Positions 16,842 through 26,800 of a stretch of DNA of 64,000 nucleotides are shown in pieces. Source of the stretch: a virus; IMG/VR virus record IMGVR_UViG_3300018424_007835, positions 32,001 to 96,000 of that record; one strand, 5' to 3'. The number at the start of each line of letters is the position of its first letter. The first letter of the stretch is position 1. Under the pieces are notes generated by a model. The model made no database searches. It saw only the letters and a program-made list of their open reading frames with translations, and had not been told where the DNA came from. The translations under genes were made by a program, and so were the position numbers.

Positions 16842-19709
16842 GTGTCTTTTCTCATCTCAGACGATCATGCCAACTCTTACGCCGACAAGATGCCACCTTG
16901 GGGATTCAACGGTTTAGGGTACGTTACTTATAAACGGACGTATGCACGCCCGATTTTTTTGAATAACTCCGATGTTATTGAACGGACAGAGGAGTGGCAT
17001 GAGACTGTGCAGCGGGTCGTTAACGGGGCCCAAGACATTGGCGCACAACTGTCTGAGGATGAGGCTATTCGTCTTTATGATTATCTTTTCAATTTGAAGG
17101 GCAGCGTTGCTGGACGTATGCTGTGGCAGCTGGGCACTCCGAACAACAAGCGTTTGGGTGGGGATAGTTTGGTGAATTGCCTTGGGGGTGAAACTGAGGT
17201 TGTTACTCGGGAGGGCATTAAGCGAATTGATGACCTAGCTGCTATTGGTTATGCTACGGTTATGACTGATTATGGTAAGTGGGTTAATGCTGATATCCGA
17301 AGCTTCGGTGAGCAGCGGCTTGCTGAAATCGTGCTTCGTCGTGGGAAGCAGGTAAAAACTGTTCGTGCTACCGCTGAGCATCGGTGGATTGTTCGTGGTA
17401 AGAACGGTCGGGAAGAGTTCTTTACTGAGTCTTTGCGACCGGGAATGAAGCTTGTTAGCATAAAAGGGCAAGGCACACATACTGCTGATATGAGCAACGA
17501 TGGTGTTCGTGCTGGTCTAGTTTACGGTGACGGTACGGTTTATAACACGGGCGCTCGTGCGTTTGTTGCTAATGCTGATCTTGCAGAGCTTGAACATTTT
17601 TTCCTTGATTACAAGTCAAGTGAAAGTGAGCACGGTGCGACTTTCTACGGCCTTCCACGGTCTTATAAAGCTTCCCCTGATTACAATGAGTTCCGTGGTT
17701 ATTTGTACGGTTGGCTCGCAGGGTATTTTGCTGCTGACGGGTATGCTCGTGATGGGAAGGGCGCTCAGTTGAATAGCACCAATATTAACTCGTTGCGTGC
17801 CGCCAAGGACGTTGCGACTATTATTGGTGTTGCTACTGGCCCTATTTACGAACAAAATCGTATCAGCAATCTTACCGGCAAGGAGAGCACCATTTATACT
17901 TTGCCGCTCCATATTGAAGATCCAGAGTTTTTCCTTTTGTCGAAGCATCGTGGAGATTTTGTGGGGCGTGCCAGCGTTGCTGATTGGAAGGTTGAGTCCG
18001 TTGGGGAGTATGGTGCTCCTGAGCCTGTTTTCTGTGCGGTTGTCCCTGAGACACACACGTTCGCTTTGTCCGATAATCTACTAACCGGGAATTGCTGGTT
18101 TGTGGATGTGCAGAAGCCTACCGACTTTTCGTGGGCAGTTGAAAGGCTCATGTTGGGCGGTGGGGTTGGTTTCTCGTGTGATAAACCTGAGCGTCTTGGT
18201 GTGGTGCGGTCTGCGTGGGTGGATCGTGTAGATGCTGATGATTCTGATTTCATTGTGCCTGATACCCGTGAGGGGTGGGGTGAAGTCATTCGTAAGGTGT
18301 TTGAGTGCTACTTGGGTGATGATGACAATCCACGTAAGATGACTTATGCTACTCATTTGATCCGCCCTGCTGGTGTTCCTATTAAGACTTTTGGTGGCAC
18401 TGCTTCTGGTCCCGATATTCTTATTTCTGGTATTGAGAAGATTTGCAAGGTACTTGATGGGGCTATCGGCCGTACGATGACTTCTGTTGAGGTTCTTGAC
18501 TGTATGAATATTATTGGGTCAATTGTTGTCGCTGGTAATGTTCGTCGTTCGGCGGAGATTGCTGTTGGTAGTCTGGATGATGAAGAGTATCTGATGGCGA
18601 AGCGGTGGGACCTTGGCAATATTCCAATTGAGCGGGCGATGTCGAATAATACTGTTTTTGTCAATGAGTATCAGATGCAGAATATGCCTCAGCTTGTTTG
18701 GGAAGGCTATGAGGGAAACGGGGAGCCTTACGGGTTTTTCAATCTTGAGGCTTCACGTAAGTTTGGGCGCATGGGTGAGGTTCGTCCCGATTACAGTATT
18801 GTGGGTGTGAATCCTTGTGCGGAGATTCCGTTGGCTAACCGTGAGTCTTGTAATCTGTCGGAGATTTTTTTGCCGATGATTGATTCTCGGGAGGAACTGG
18901 TTGACCTTACGCTGCTGCTTTATAAGGTTCAGAAGGCAACAGCAGCTTTGTCGTATCTTGATCCTGCGTCGGATAAGATCACTTCTAAGAACATGCGGCT
19001 GGGTCTCGGGGTTACCGGGGTTGCTCAGGCGTTGGATAAGGTTGAGTGGCTGGATCAGGCGTATGTGAAGTTGCGTGAGTTTGATATTGATTGGTCGGCT
19101 GAGCGAGGTTGGCCTGAGTCTATTCGCCTTACCACGATTAAGCCGTCTGGTACGCTCAGCTTGCTGCCTGGTGTGACTCCTGGGGTGCATCCTGGTTTCT
19201 CTCAGTATTTTGTGAAGCGGATGCGTATGGCTGCCACGGATGTGCTTGTTAACTATTGCCGCAGTAAAGGTTTCCACGTTGAGCCTTTGCGTAACTTTGA
19301 TGGTTCTGAGGATGACCGTACCGTGGTGGTGGAGTTCCCTTGTGCGTTCCCTGAGGGTACTGTGCTTGCTGAGAATATGTCGGCGGTAGAGCAGATGGAT
19401 TTGGTGCGTAAGCTGCAAAGGTTGTGGGCTGATAACTCGATTTCGGTAACCGTGTACTACCGTAAGGAAGAGCTTGAGGAGATTAAGGCGTATCTTGCGG
19501 AGTACTGGTCTGAGATGAAGTCGGTTTCGTTCCTTTTGCACAGCGAGCATGGTTTTGATCAGGCTCCGATGGGCGAGCTTACGCTTGAGGAGTATGTGGC
19601 CATGTTGGCGGCTACGACTCCTCTGGGGGAGAAGTTGTCAGGGTCAACGATGATGTCGGACGATGACCTAGACGACTCTTGTGCTACAGGGGCGTGTCCC
19701 GTTAGATGA
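16842..19709 (+). CDS. nrdJ: Class II (adenosylcobalamin-dependent, monomeric RTPR-type) ribonucleotide reductase containing an intein
   Basis: KRTYAR, GRMLWQLG, SLVN|CWF, GNVRRSAEI, NPCAEI, CNL, TIKPSGT and C-terminal CATGACP; AGGAGG SD with GTG start. Confidence 0.93.
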   Translation: MSFLISDDHANSYADKMPPWGFNGLGYVTYKRTYARPIFLNNSDVIERTEEWHETVQRVVNGAQDIGAQLSEDEAIRLYDYLFNLKGSVAGRMLWQLGTPNNKRLGGDSLVNCLGGETEVVTREGIKRIDDLAAIGYATVMTDYGKWVNADIRSFGEQRLAEIVLRRGKQVKTVRATAEHRWIVRGKNGREEFFTESLRPGMKLVSIKGQGTHTADMSNDGVRAGLVYGDGTVYNTGARAFVANADLAELEHFFLDYKSSESEHGATFYGLPRSYKASPDYNEFRGYLYGWLAGYFAADGYARDGKGAQLNSTNINSLRAAKDVATIIGVATGPIYEQNRISNLTGKESTIYTLPLHIEDPEFFLLSKHRGDFVGRASVADWKVESVGEYGAPEPVFCAVVPETHTFALSDNLLTGNCWFVDVQKPTDFSWAVERLMLGGGVGFSCDKPERLGVVRSAWVDRVDADDSDFIVPDTREGWGEVIRKVFECYLGDDDNPRKMTYATHLIRPAGVPIKTFGGTASGPDILISGIEKICKVLDGAIGRTMTSVEVLDCMNIIGSIVVAGNVRRSAEIAVGSLDDEEYLMAKRWDLGNIPIERAMSNNTVFVNEYQMQNMPQLVWEGYEGNGEPYGFFNLEASRKFGRMGEVRPDYSIVGVNPCAEIPLANRESCNLSEIFLPMIDSREELVDLTLLLYKVQKATAALSYLDPASDKITSKNMRLGLGVTGVAQALDKVEWLDQAYVKLREFDIDWSAERGWPESIRLTTIKPSGTLSLLPGVTPGVHPGFSQYFVKRMRMAATDVLVNYCRSKGFHVEPLRNFDGSEDDRTVVVEFPCAFPEGTVLAENMSAVEQMDLVRKLQRLWADNSISVTVYYRKEELEEIKAYLAEYWSEMKSVSFLLHSEHGFDQAPMGELTLEEYVAMLAATTPLGEKLSGSTMMSDDDLDDSCATGACPVR
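17178..18092 (+). mobile_element. Intein with LAGLIDADG homing endonuclease (305 aa)
   Basis: Starts CLGGETEV; block B TAEHRW; motifs AGLVYGDG and LAGYFAADG; ends LLTGN followed by +1 Cys; removal restores N-CWF of RTPR. Confidence 0.92.
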
Positions 19710-19752
19710 CCTAAAGCTGTTGTATTATAGCCTTAAAAGTTGCGGCGGGTTG

Positions 19753-19901
19753 CACCTTGACGGTATAGAGTATTTTTGTACCGGCAAGGTGACTAACCCC
19801 CTAAGGAGGATGATTGTGGATATCGGTTAAGGTGCCGGTAACCGATAAGGCGATCAAGTATCTGAGCGGGGTTCGGTCTCTTGCACCGGGCCCCGCTTCT
19901 T
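19753..19901 (+). ncRNA. Putative structured intergenic RNA with SD-led minigene and terminator
   Basis: Hairpin 19753-19791; TAAGGAGG at 19802-19809 then GTG GAT ATC GGT TAA; hairpin 19821-19847; terminator hairpin 19865-19897. Confidence 0.4.
19865..19901 (+). terminator. Intrinsic terminator
   Basis: AGCGGGGTTCGGT...ACCGGGCCCCGCT followed by TCTT. Confidence 0.7.
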
Positions 19902-19914
19902 CCTATAATAGGGT

Positions 19915-20280
19915 ATGAACTCTATGCGGGATTTCCATAAGGCTAAGCTGCATGTGGATTTGCAGTATTTGGCGGATATGATTGAAACTGTAGGGCTTTC
20001 AGAGACAGCTCCCATTGCAGATGATGGGGCTGTCTCTTTGTCGTATGGGCTTGCTTTAATCTGTGGTGCTAGGGCTAAGCCGTTCGTAGATGCCTTTCCC
20101 TACTGGTTGGAAGAGGTCCCTGCCGGGTATCGCTCACGGTTCTGCGCTTGCTGGGATGCTTTAGAGTTTGAGTTTGGTGAAGACATTGTGGTGTGGTCTG
20201 ATAATGCGGGAACGTCGGAGACTGTGAGGCGTATACGCAGTTTGGCGAAAGAGATTGAACATTTCAAATTGTCCTCTTGA
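19915..20280 (+). CDS. Hypothetical protein (leaderless)
   Basis: 121 aa; TATAAT at 19904-19909, 5 nt before the ATG. Confidence 0.7.
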   Translation: MNSMRDFHKAKLHVDLQYLADMIETVGLSETAPIADDGAVSLSYGLALICGARAKPFVDAFPYWLEEVPAGYRSRFCACWDALEFEFGEDIVVWSDNAGTSETVRRIRSLAKEIEHFKLSS

Positions 20281-20305
20281 CATCTTACCGCATATCGACT
20301 AAGAT
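20277..20305 (+). promoter_or_regulatory. Sigma70-type promoter, leaderless
   Basis: TTGACA-N17-TAAGAT, ATG 6 nt downstream. Confidence 0.8.
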
Positions 20306-20311
20306 ACGTGT

Positions 20312-20698
20312 ATGAACCACACCGCACGTTGGAATCAGTATTATACAGCTTTGCTGCAGTACAAGAGCAGGTATGGTGATGCTAAAGTCCCAAGTGGGCA
20401 CGTTGAATTTTTGGATTCTGGTGTTCCTTTGAATTTGGGCAATTGGGTTAGCTACATGCGGACACGATACAAGCAGGGTTTGTTGTCGGCTGAGCGTGTT
20501 GCTTTGCTGGAAAATATTTCATCTTGGAGTTGGGGGCCTGTGCGTCCTGGCCCGAAGTCAAAGGAAGTGGTGATTCAGCGGAATAGCGACATTGTGTGGT
20601 TGCGAGAGCATGAGGGTATGGCGTTGGAACAAATTGCCAAACGGTACAATCTATCTCGTCAACGTGTGTACCAAATAGTAAAGGAGAATAAGTTATGA
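20312..20698 (+). CDS. Helicase-associated (HA) domain plus C-terminal HTH DNA-binding protein
   Basis: WNQYYTALLQYKSRYGDAKVP..LGNWVSYMR..GLLSAERVALLE..WSW (HA); LEQIAKRYNLSRQRVYQIV (HTH). Confidence 0.8.
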   Translation: MNHTARWNQYYTALLQYKSRYGDAKVPSGHVEFLDSGVPLNLGNWVSYMRTRYKQGLLSAERVALLENISSWSWGPVRPGPKSKEVVIQRNSDIVWLREHEGMALEQIAKRYNLSRQRVYQIVKENKL

Positions 20699-21003
20699 GT
20701 AGTGTTAATCCCGCCGCTGAAGCAGAATGGGAAAAAGTATTGAATAAGCTTTCGCAGGAAAACAAGCAAGGAAACTTGATTGTCACAACAGCTTCTGCGA
20801 TTTTTGCGATCTCGCTTGTGTCTGGCATATTGGCGTTTGCCGCTATGCTGGTGAATGCGGCGGTTCTTAGGGCGTGGCCGACGATTACCGTAGCCAGTCC
20901 GGGTATTGGTTACAGCGACGCTTTTATTATTTCGTCGGCAACTCTGGTTGCTTCGATGATGTTTTCAGCGACGTTGAGCGCTGTGAAGCGAGGGTCGCTG
21001 TGA
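20695..21003 (+). CDS. Small membrane protein (two hydrophobic segments)
   Basis: ATGA overlap; hydrophobic stretches TASAIFAISLVSGILAFAAML and AFIISSATLVASMMFSA. Confidence 0.65.
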   Translation: MSSVNPAAEAEWEKVLNKLSQENKQGNLIVTTASAIFAISLVSGILAFAAMLVNAAVLRAWPTITVASPGIGYSDAFIISSATLVASMMFSATLSAVKRGSL

Positions 21004-21509
21004 GTAGTACGACGACTGCTTCTGTGGACAGCCGTGTAGGAACCTGGGATGCTGCTGCACTGACGCATATTAATTATGTTTGGTATGGTCATCGCCCCGG
21101 GTTTCTCGCAAAGCCTCTCCTTGTGGATATTCGCATGCATGAGGACTATCTTATTGACACCTATTTCACTTTGGGGAAGGAGTTGACAGACAGCACTGAG
21201 TGGATTAGGTTGGCGCAGCTTGCATTGGAGTGTCGACCCGAACTTGATTCTGATTTTGTTTGGCGAACTTTGTGCAGTAAGCAGAATGATTATGGGCCCG
21301 ATAACATTGCCCGTTTTTCCCATAAGGGCCTCATTTTGAGGCTCCACGATAAGGTTGCTCGTTTAGAAAATCTGGTAGCTAATAATCGTGCGGCTACGAA
21401 TGAGCCGGTGGAGGACACGTATATGGACATTATTGGCTATTCGATTATTGGTTTGATGTTGTTAGATGGGAGTTTCTTTTTGCCTATGGGATACTCCTGG
21501 CAGGAGTAA
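21000..21509 (+). CDS. Nucleotide-modification-associated domain 1 (DUF1599, MazG-like) protein
   Basis: KQNDYG...LRLHDKVARLENL...NEPVEDTYMDIIGYSII; GTGA overlap start at 21000. Confidence 0.8.
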   Translation: MSSTTTASVDSRVGTWDAAALTHINYVWYGHRPGFLAKPLLVDIRMHEDYLIDTYFTLGKELTDSTEWIRLAQLALECRPELDSDFVWRTLCSKQNDYGPDNIARFSHKGLILRLHDKVARLENLVANNRAATNEPVEDTYMDIIGYSIIGLMLLDGSFFLPMGYSWQE

Positions 21510-21569
21510 ACGAAAGCTCGCCTCCTAATGCGGTAATATATTGTAGAAGATAGGTTTAAGGAGGCAAGT

Positions 21570-21719
21570 ATGCCAGAGCCAATTGATATTGATGATACAG
21601 AGATAGATGTTTCCGATTTGCCGTCTAGACCTCGCCGCCCTCGCCGTCGTCGCCGTGGAGGTGGCCGAGAGGCCCTTGCTCGTGCCATCAACAGCATCCG
21701 CCGACGCCGTCAACGGTAA
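21570..21719 (+). CDS. 49-aa bipolar peptide, acidic N-terminus and Arg-rich C-terminus (not in ORF track)
   Basis: TAAGGAGG SD; MPEPIDIDDTEIDVSDLPSRPRRPRRRRRGGGREALARAINSIRRRRQR. Confidence 0.75.
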   Translation: MPEPIDIDDTEIDVSDLPSRPRRPRRRRRGGGREALARAINSIRRRRQR

Positions 21720-21753
21720 TTTTAGTTTGTCTTAGCAAGATTGGTAGTTAGGT

Positions 21754-22401
21754 ATGGCGTTAATTACGGTAAGTGACATTGTTACATACATGGACATTTC
21801 GTTCACTAACACTCAAGAAGATGCAGCCGAAATTGTGATTGAAGGGCTGCAGGCTGAACTTGAGGCATACCTTCGACGCCCTATTGAGCAACAGTCGTTT
21901 ACTGAGACGTATAGAATTCCTGATCAGAGCCGAGGTGTTCCTAGTAACCAGTATCACTTTAACTATTCCACGGTTCCTGAGATTGACTCCCCGATGTCTT
22001 CTGGCGTCTACCGGTATCCTAGATTTTATACTCTGTATCTAAACAGTAGCCCGGTTATTTCGGTGTCGTCGGTTAGTCGCACAGCGTCTTCTCCTACGGC
22101 GTCTGCTGTGGCGTTGGTTGCAGAGACTGATTATATTGTTAGGGACTTTGGTATTGATTTGTATGATGTGTTTTCAAATGACCGTATAACGGTCACGTAT
22201 ACGGCTGGGCTGGATGGGGCGAACATTAAGGTGTTTAAGTTGTTAATGTTGCGTGCGGCTACCCGGGAAATGCAGAACATGCATGATGACGTGGTTGGCT
22301 TGAAGGACTTAACAACCCGTAATGTTGCGCCGATGGAGACAGGTTTTACTGAGCGGGAGCTTATGAGCATAAAGAAGTACCGCCGAGTGAGGGTGTCGTA
22401 G
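21754..22401 (+). CDS. Head-to-tail adaptor
   Basis: MALITVSDI..ELEAYLRRPIEQQSFTE..SPVISVSSV..ITVTYTAG pattern of gp6/gp15-like connectors. Confidence 0.75.
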   Translation: MALITVSDIVTYMDISFTNTQEDAAEIVIEGLQAELEAYLRRPIEQQSFTETYRIPDQSRGVPSNQYHFNYSTVPEIDSPMSSGVYRYPRFYTLYLNSSPVISVSSVSRTASSPTASAVALVAETDYIVRDFGIDLYDVFSNDRITVTYTAGLDGANIKVFKLLMLRAATREMQNMHDDVVGLKDLTTRNVAPMETGFTERELMSIKKYRRVRVS

Positions 22402-22402
22402 T

Positions 22403-22918
22403 ATGGCGACAAGCACGAAAATAGATGTTGATACGAAGAGGCTGCGAATTTTTTTTGCGCAGATGATACGGCGTAGTAGCAACTTTTCACCAGTTTTTAC
22501 GAAGGCGCTGCGAGACATTGAGAAGGAAGAAGCTAGACATTTTGCAAGTAGGGGCAGTGGGACGTGGCCTCCCCTTGCTGCTTCCACTAGGGCTCAGAAG
22601 CGGCGAGAGGGTTTCCAAGCGGATCTTCTGCAGCGCACGGGAGCGTTGCGTGATAGTTTGGTATCGGGAGGCCCTGGTGGGGTTCGTAATCTTACCCCAA
22701 AGACAATGGAGTTTGGTACTAGCGTAGAGTACGCTGGGTACCATTTTCATGGGGCACAGAAAGGCAACTGGCGGCTGCCAGTTAGAAATCCTTTGGTCCG
22801 GGCTGAAACTTTTGCCAATAGCGTTGCTCAGGATACTGGTGGGTGGATTGTTTATGGTAAAGGGTGGCAGGAAAAGCGGGCGGCTTCAGCGGTTCGTAAT
22901 TTGAGCGATATTCTCTAG
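22403..22918 (+). CDS. Phage virion morphogenesis (neck, Mu gpG-like) protein
   Basis: WPPLAAST..LLQRTGALRDSL..FGTSVEYAGYHFHG..LPVR. Confidence 0.8.
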   Translation: MATSTKIDVDTKRLRIFFAQMIRRSSNFSPVFTKALRDIEKEEARHFASRGSGTWPPLAASTRAQKRREGFQADLLQRTGALRDSLVSGGPGGVRNLTPKTMEFGTSVEYAGYHFHGAQKGNWRLPVRNPLVRAETFANSVAQDTGGWIVYGKGWQEKRAASAVRNLSDIL

Positions 22919-22934
22919 GATCGGAGGTTGACAA

Positions 22935-23810
22935 ATGATGTCAGGTCCTCGCCTAGCTAAGGCGTATGTATCTAATTATTTGGCTAATGATCTTCCGTCA
23001 CGGCTTATCACATATCGGAATCATTGGGGGTTGAGCAGTTCTCAGCTTCCTTCACCGGTTCGCTATTTTACATACGAGCCGTTTGCTTTGGACAAGTGGC
23101 CTACAGTTATTACTGTGGTTATGAATACGGCCAGTGTTCGGCGGGATGGTTATGAGGTTGATGCTGATCCGTCGTTCAGGGTTACTTACAATATGCGCAC
23201 TTACATTTGGGCCCGAGATGGTGGTGCCCAAGTTGTTACTGAACAGCGTGACAATCTGACTACTGTTGTTAGGGAAGCTTTGATGGATGGGCCGTCGTTG
23301 TCGGCTTATGATTCTGGGGTTCCGTGTTACCCGAAGATTGATGAAAGTACGATTAGAGAAGAGTTTTCTGATCTTACTCTGATTAAAGGGGAGCGTCTTT
23401 TGGCGGGGGGCTACGTTTCGTATGACTTAGCTCTTGAAGAAATTGTGGACCATGACGCTTTGGGGTTTGTGCAAACGCATGAGAATACGGTGTCTAAGCT
23501 GCCTGTTACACCGAATGCACCCACTAATGTTATTGCGGTTGCTGGGGATACTCAGATAACTTTGGGGTGGACAGAGTCTACATGGAATGGGGGGGTCTAT
23601 GAGATTACTGGGTTTAATATTCAACAAAGCACGGATTCTGGTGCGACGTGGAGTACTGTGGTGGCTGATACCGGCAATACTGATCCTGTGTATACCGTTA
23701 CTGGGTTGACTAATGGGACTTCGTATTTGTTCCGTCTGGCTTCTGTGAATGCGGCGGGGGTAGGAGCGTATTCTGCATCGTCGCTGGCGAAGGTGCCCAC
23801 GGCAGGATAG
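22935..23810 (+). CDS. Tail terminator/completion-like protein with C-terminal fibronectin type III domain
   Basis: Position after neck genes; PNAPTNV..GDTQITLGW..YTVTGLTNGTSYLFRLASVNAAGVG is an FN3 consensus. Confidence 0.7.
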   Translation: MMSGPRLAKAYVSNYLANDLPSRLITYRNHWGLSSSQLPSPVRYFTYEPFALDKWPTVITVVMNTASVRRDGYEVDADPSFRVTYNMRTYIWARDGGAQVVTEQRDNLTTVVREALMDGPSLSAYDSGVPCYPKIDESTIREEFSDLTLIKGERLLAGGYVSYDLALEEIVDHDALGFVQTHENTVSKLPVTPNAPTNVIAVAGDTQITLGWTESTWNGGVYEITGFNIQQSTDSGATWSTVVADTGNTDPVYTVTGLTNGTSYLFRLASVNAAGVGAYSASSLAKVPTAG

Positions 23811-23819
23811 GATATAGTT

Positions 23820-26800
23820 ATGGCAGCTATTCCTGGCCGCTGGGGCGGTCTTCGTTCAGAACCTTATAAACCTAATCCGCCTGATGCTGACCTTGATGGC
23901 ATCATTCAGGAGCAGACGTTGTGGGAGCGCCCTAAGGGGTTTGTTTTTGCGATGGTGGATGCTGCTGGTAGGTTGGCTGAGGTTGCGGATGGTGCTGATC
24001 ACCCGCCTGGGGTTGATGTGTTTAGGCAGAATTTTGTGTTGGCGAGGCGTGGCGATAACGGTGTGTTGGAGCGTGTTGATAATGCTCCGAGGCCGTCGTG
24101 GGATCGGGATGATTTGTCGGCCCGGGATAGGTTTGGTACGGTGGGTGATAGGCTTGGGACTATTGCTAGCCCGAAGTCTCCTTATGTGCCGATGGCTGCG
24201 GAGGTTGTTGATCCGCCGATTGATCGGCGGGCTGAGTTACGTAAGAGGTATCCTGGTATTTCTGATGCCGGGTTGGAGATGATGTTGTGGGAGCCCACGG
24301 ATGATCCTGATGAGATTGATAGGCGGCTTGGGTTTATTGAGGATTTGTATGGTGAGGATGTTTCTACGAATTTGAGGCAGTTTTTGGATGGGGTTCCGCC
24401 GGGGGATCGGGTTGATGCTGATTTTTCTGAGATGGCCGATGATCTTCCTGAGGAACCTTTTTATGTTACTGTTTTTGATGATAATTTGGGGGATTATCCA
24501 ACTGATGATGAGGGTGTGCCCGTTTTTGATCGCCGTATTGAAGATGTTGTGTATGCGTTTCGGACGCCATCGGAGGCCGCTGCGGTGTGTCCGCTTCCGG
24601 GTGCTGGTATAAATGTTGCTAGTGGTATGCCTGCTGGTTTGCGTGTGAAGCAGGAGGAGGGGGAGAAGTCGGGCTCGGGCTGTGGCCCCGGGGTGCGGCT
24701 CGGCAGGGGGGCTGCGCTAGCTGAGGCTTTTGCCCTACTCCCTGATGATAATACGGGCGATGTTCGGCTTCCCGCCGATGTAGCTGCGATGGATGCCCAG
24801 GATGCAGCTGAACAGGCGGGGGACCGTGGGCATGCTCTGCGACATTTGATTGATAAGTATAAAAGGGCGCACGCTAACAGGCAGGGGGAGGCAACGGATA
24901 AGCTTATTGGAGACATGAGCGACGACAAGGTTGCCCTGGAGATACTTCGGGAGTGGCAGCAGGACGAAAGGAATCTAAAAAAGCTTAAGGATATATTTGG
25001 CGAAGATATGACCTGGGACCTTTTTGAGGAGATGGCGGCTAGCCAAATTGATGAGCTTTTTGAAAATGAGGAGTTTACAAACCTACTGAAATCTGAAGAG
25101 ATCCAAAATTACTACAACCACGCCCGCATGTCGTTGCGGTATAGGGTGTCAGTGCTTAGACATATGGTGCGGGAGACCAGGAGGACATCTGAAGAGGAGG
25201 GCCGCTGGGCGGGGGTGAAGAAGTTTGCGAGCATGATAGCGGTGATGTCAGCCAGGGATGACTGGGAGAACAATATGCGCAGAGCTAATGCGCTGGCTGA
25301 TCTTTTGAGTAGGGACAAACCCTTTGAAGTTAGTGTTGATCGTCTTATGGCTCACACTCTTGCAAATGATGGCAGGGGGTTGCCCGGCTTGGGTACAAAC
25401 TCTACACTTCAGCAGAGAGTTGATGCGATTCACGAGTTTTTATTGAAGGCGTATAAGGATAACCCAGAGGGACTCGCTGAAGCCAACGCCATGTTGGATG
25501 AGTTGATAGGAAAACTAAACGAGGTAAGTGAAGATGTTAGAATCGAATTAACTCGGGATGGAGATGGTGCCCCGAAGTTGTTGATAAAAAGACGAAACGA
25601 GGTAAGTCGAGTTTTCGAAGAGATTGATGGTGCCCCTCACAGCAAGGACCGTCCCTTGGAAACCCTTCCGAAAGGTTTCTCTTTTGAGAGCTTGAGGAAG
25701 CATCTAGATGTTTTAACGGACGAGCAGCGTGTGAGACTAGTGGTTCAGCCTAGCGCCTGGAGCAACGAAGGCGAAGAAGAAGCGGTGGACATACCTACTT
25801 TGGAGGCGTTGATAAACTTGCATTTGACTAGCAGCTCCGGTGCCGGGTCGATTCGGGCCGGTGGCGGGTCGGGCAATATTATTGGGGCGTTGGAAATTTT
25901 TTATGGCCATAAAACTATAGACGAGTTGTCTGGCCCTAAAACTGATGCGTTTTTTTGGTCGTTGTTTAGTGACGAGGTTAAGCGGCGGGGTGCTGTGGAT
26001 ACGCATGTACTGGTCGGGATGATTGATCCAAATCGGGTGCTTACTTTCATTTTTCACAAGGATAGCGGAAAAGACCGATTAAATATTGCGCCGGAGGGGT
26101 CAGATGTCAAGATTCCGTTTGATCCTGATAACATAGATTGGCAAAATGCTTACAAGGCTAAGTATGGTGGAGATTTCGAAAAGATTGATGGTGGGTGGAG
26201 GTGGGTGCCTACTGCGGGACCGAGGGAGAAAGGTGCGGAGTTTGTAGAAGGCGAGGCGTACATTGACTTTGTGAAAAAAGACGATAACTGGGCTATGCGT
26301 GGCACTGCCCCTGCTCTGCGGGCGGAGGGGAGCGGCACGGGCAGGGCTGGCTTTAAGAACATGATTAGAGGCGGCTCCGATGTACGGATAGAGGGTCTAG
26401 AGGGTGAAAAGTTGTCCAGTGATCGGGGATGGTCTTATACCCTAGAACGGGTGCTAGAGCAGACTGCGGAGAAGCATAACGTTTCTCCTGAAGTTTTGCA
26501 GGCAGCTATTTGGGAGTACATCCGAACTCGTAGATCTGAAGTTGTGATGGTCGAGGGTGGTTTTGATTATCCGATTAGGTCAGACCCTCATAATGCTGTA
26601 CGAACTAACACTTACCTTACTGCTCCATCTGATTTAGTTAGGCGGTTTCCTAGACTTAGAACTAGGTCATCCCACGGCCCTAAGGGCGATCTGCAAAGCA
26701 AAGATATTTTGTGGCGTAGGGCAGAGCTTACGACAAGGGGTGTAATAGGTGAGCCTCTGACGGATGAGGATGTTCGTTTCCAAAGGCTGCTCAGTGTTTT

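Noticed and set aside
19753-19901. tRNA, tmRNA or cobalamin riboswitch
   Set aside because: No T-loop/acceptor stem or B12-box recognised, and it lies downstream rather than upstream of nrdJ
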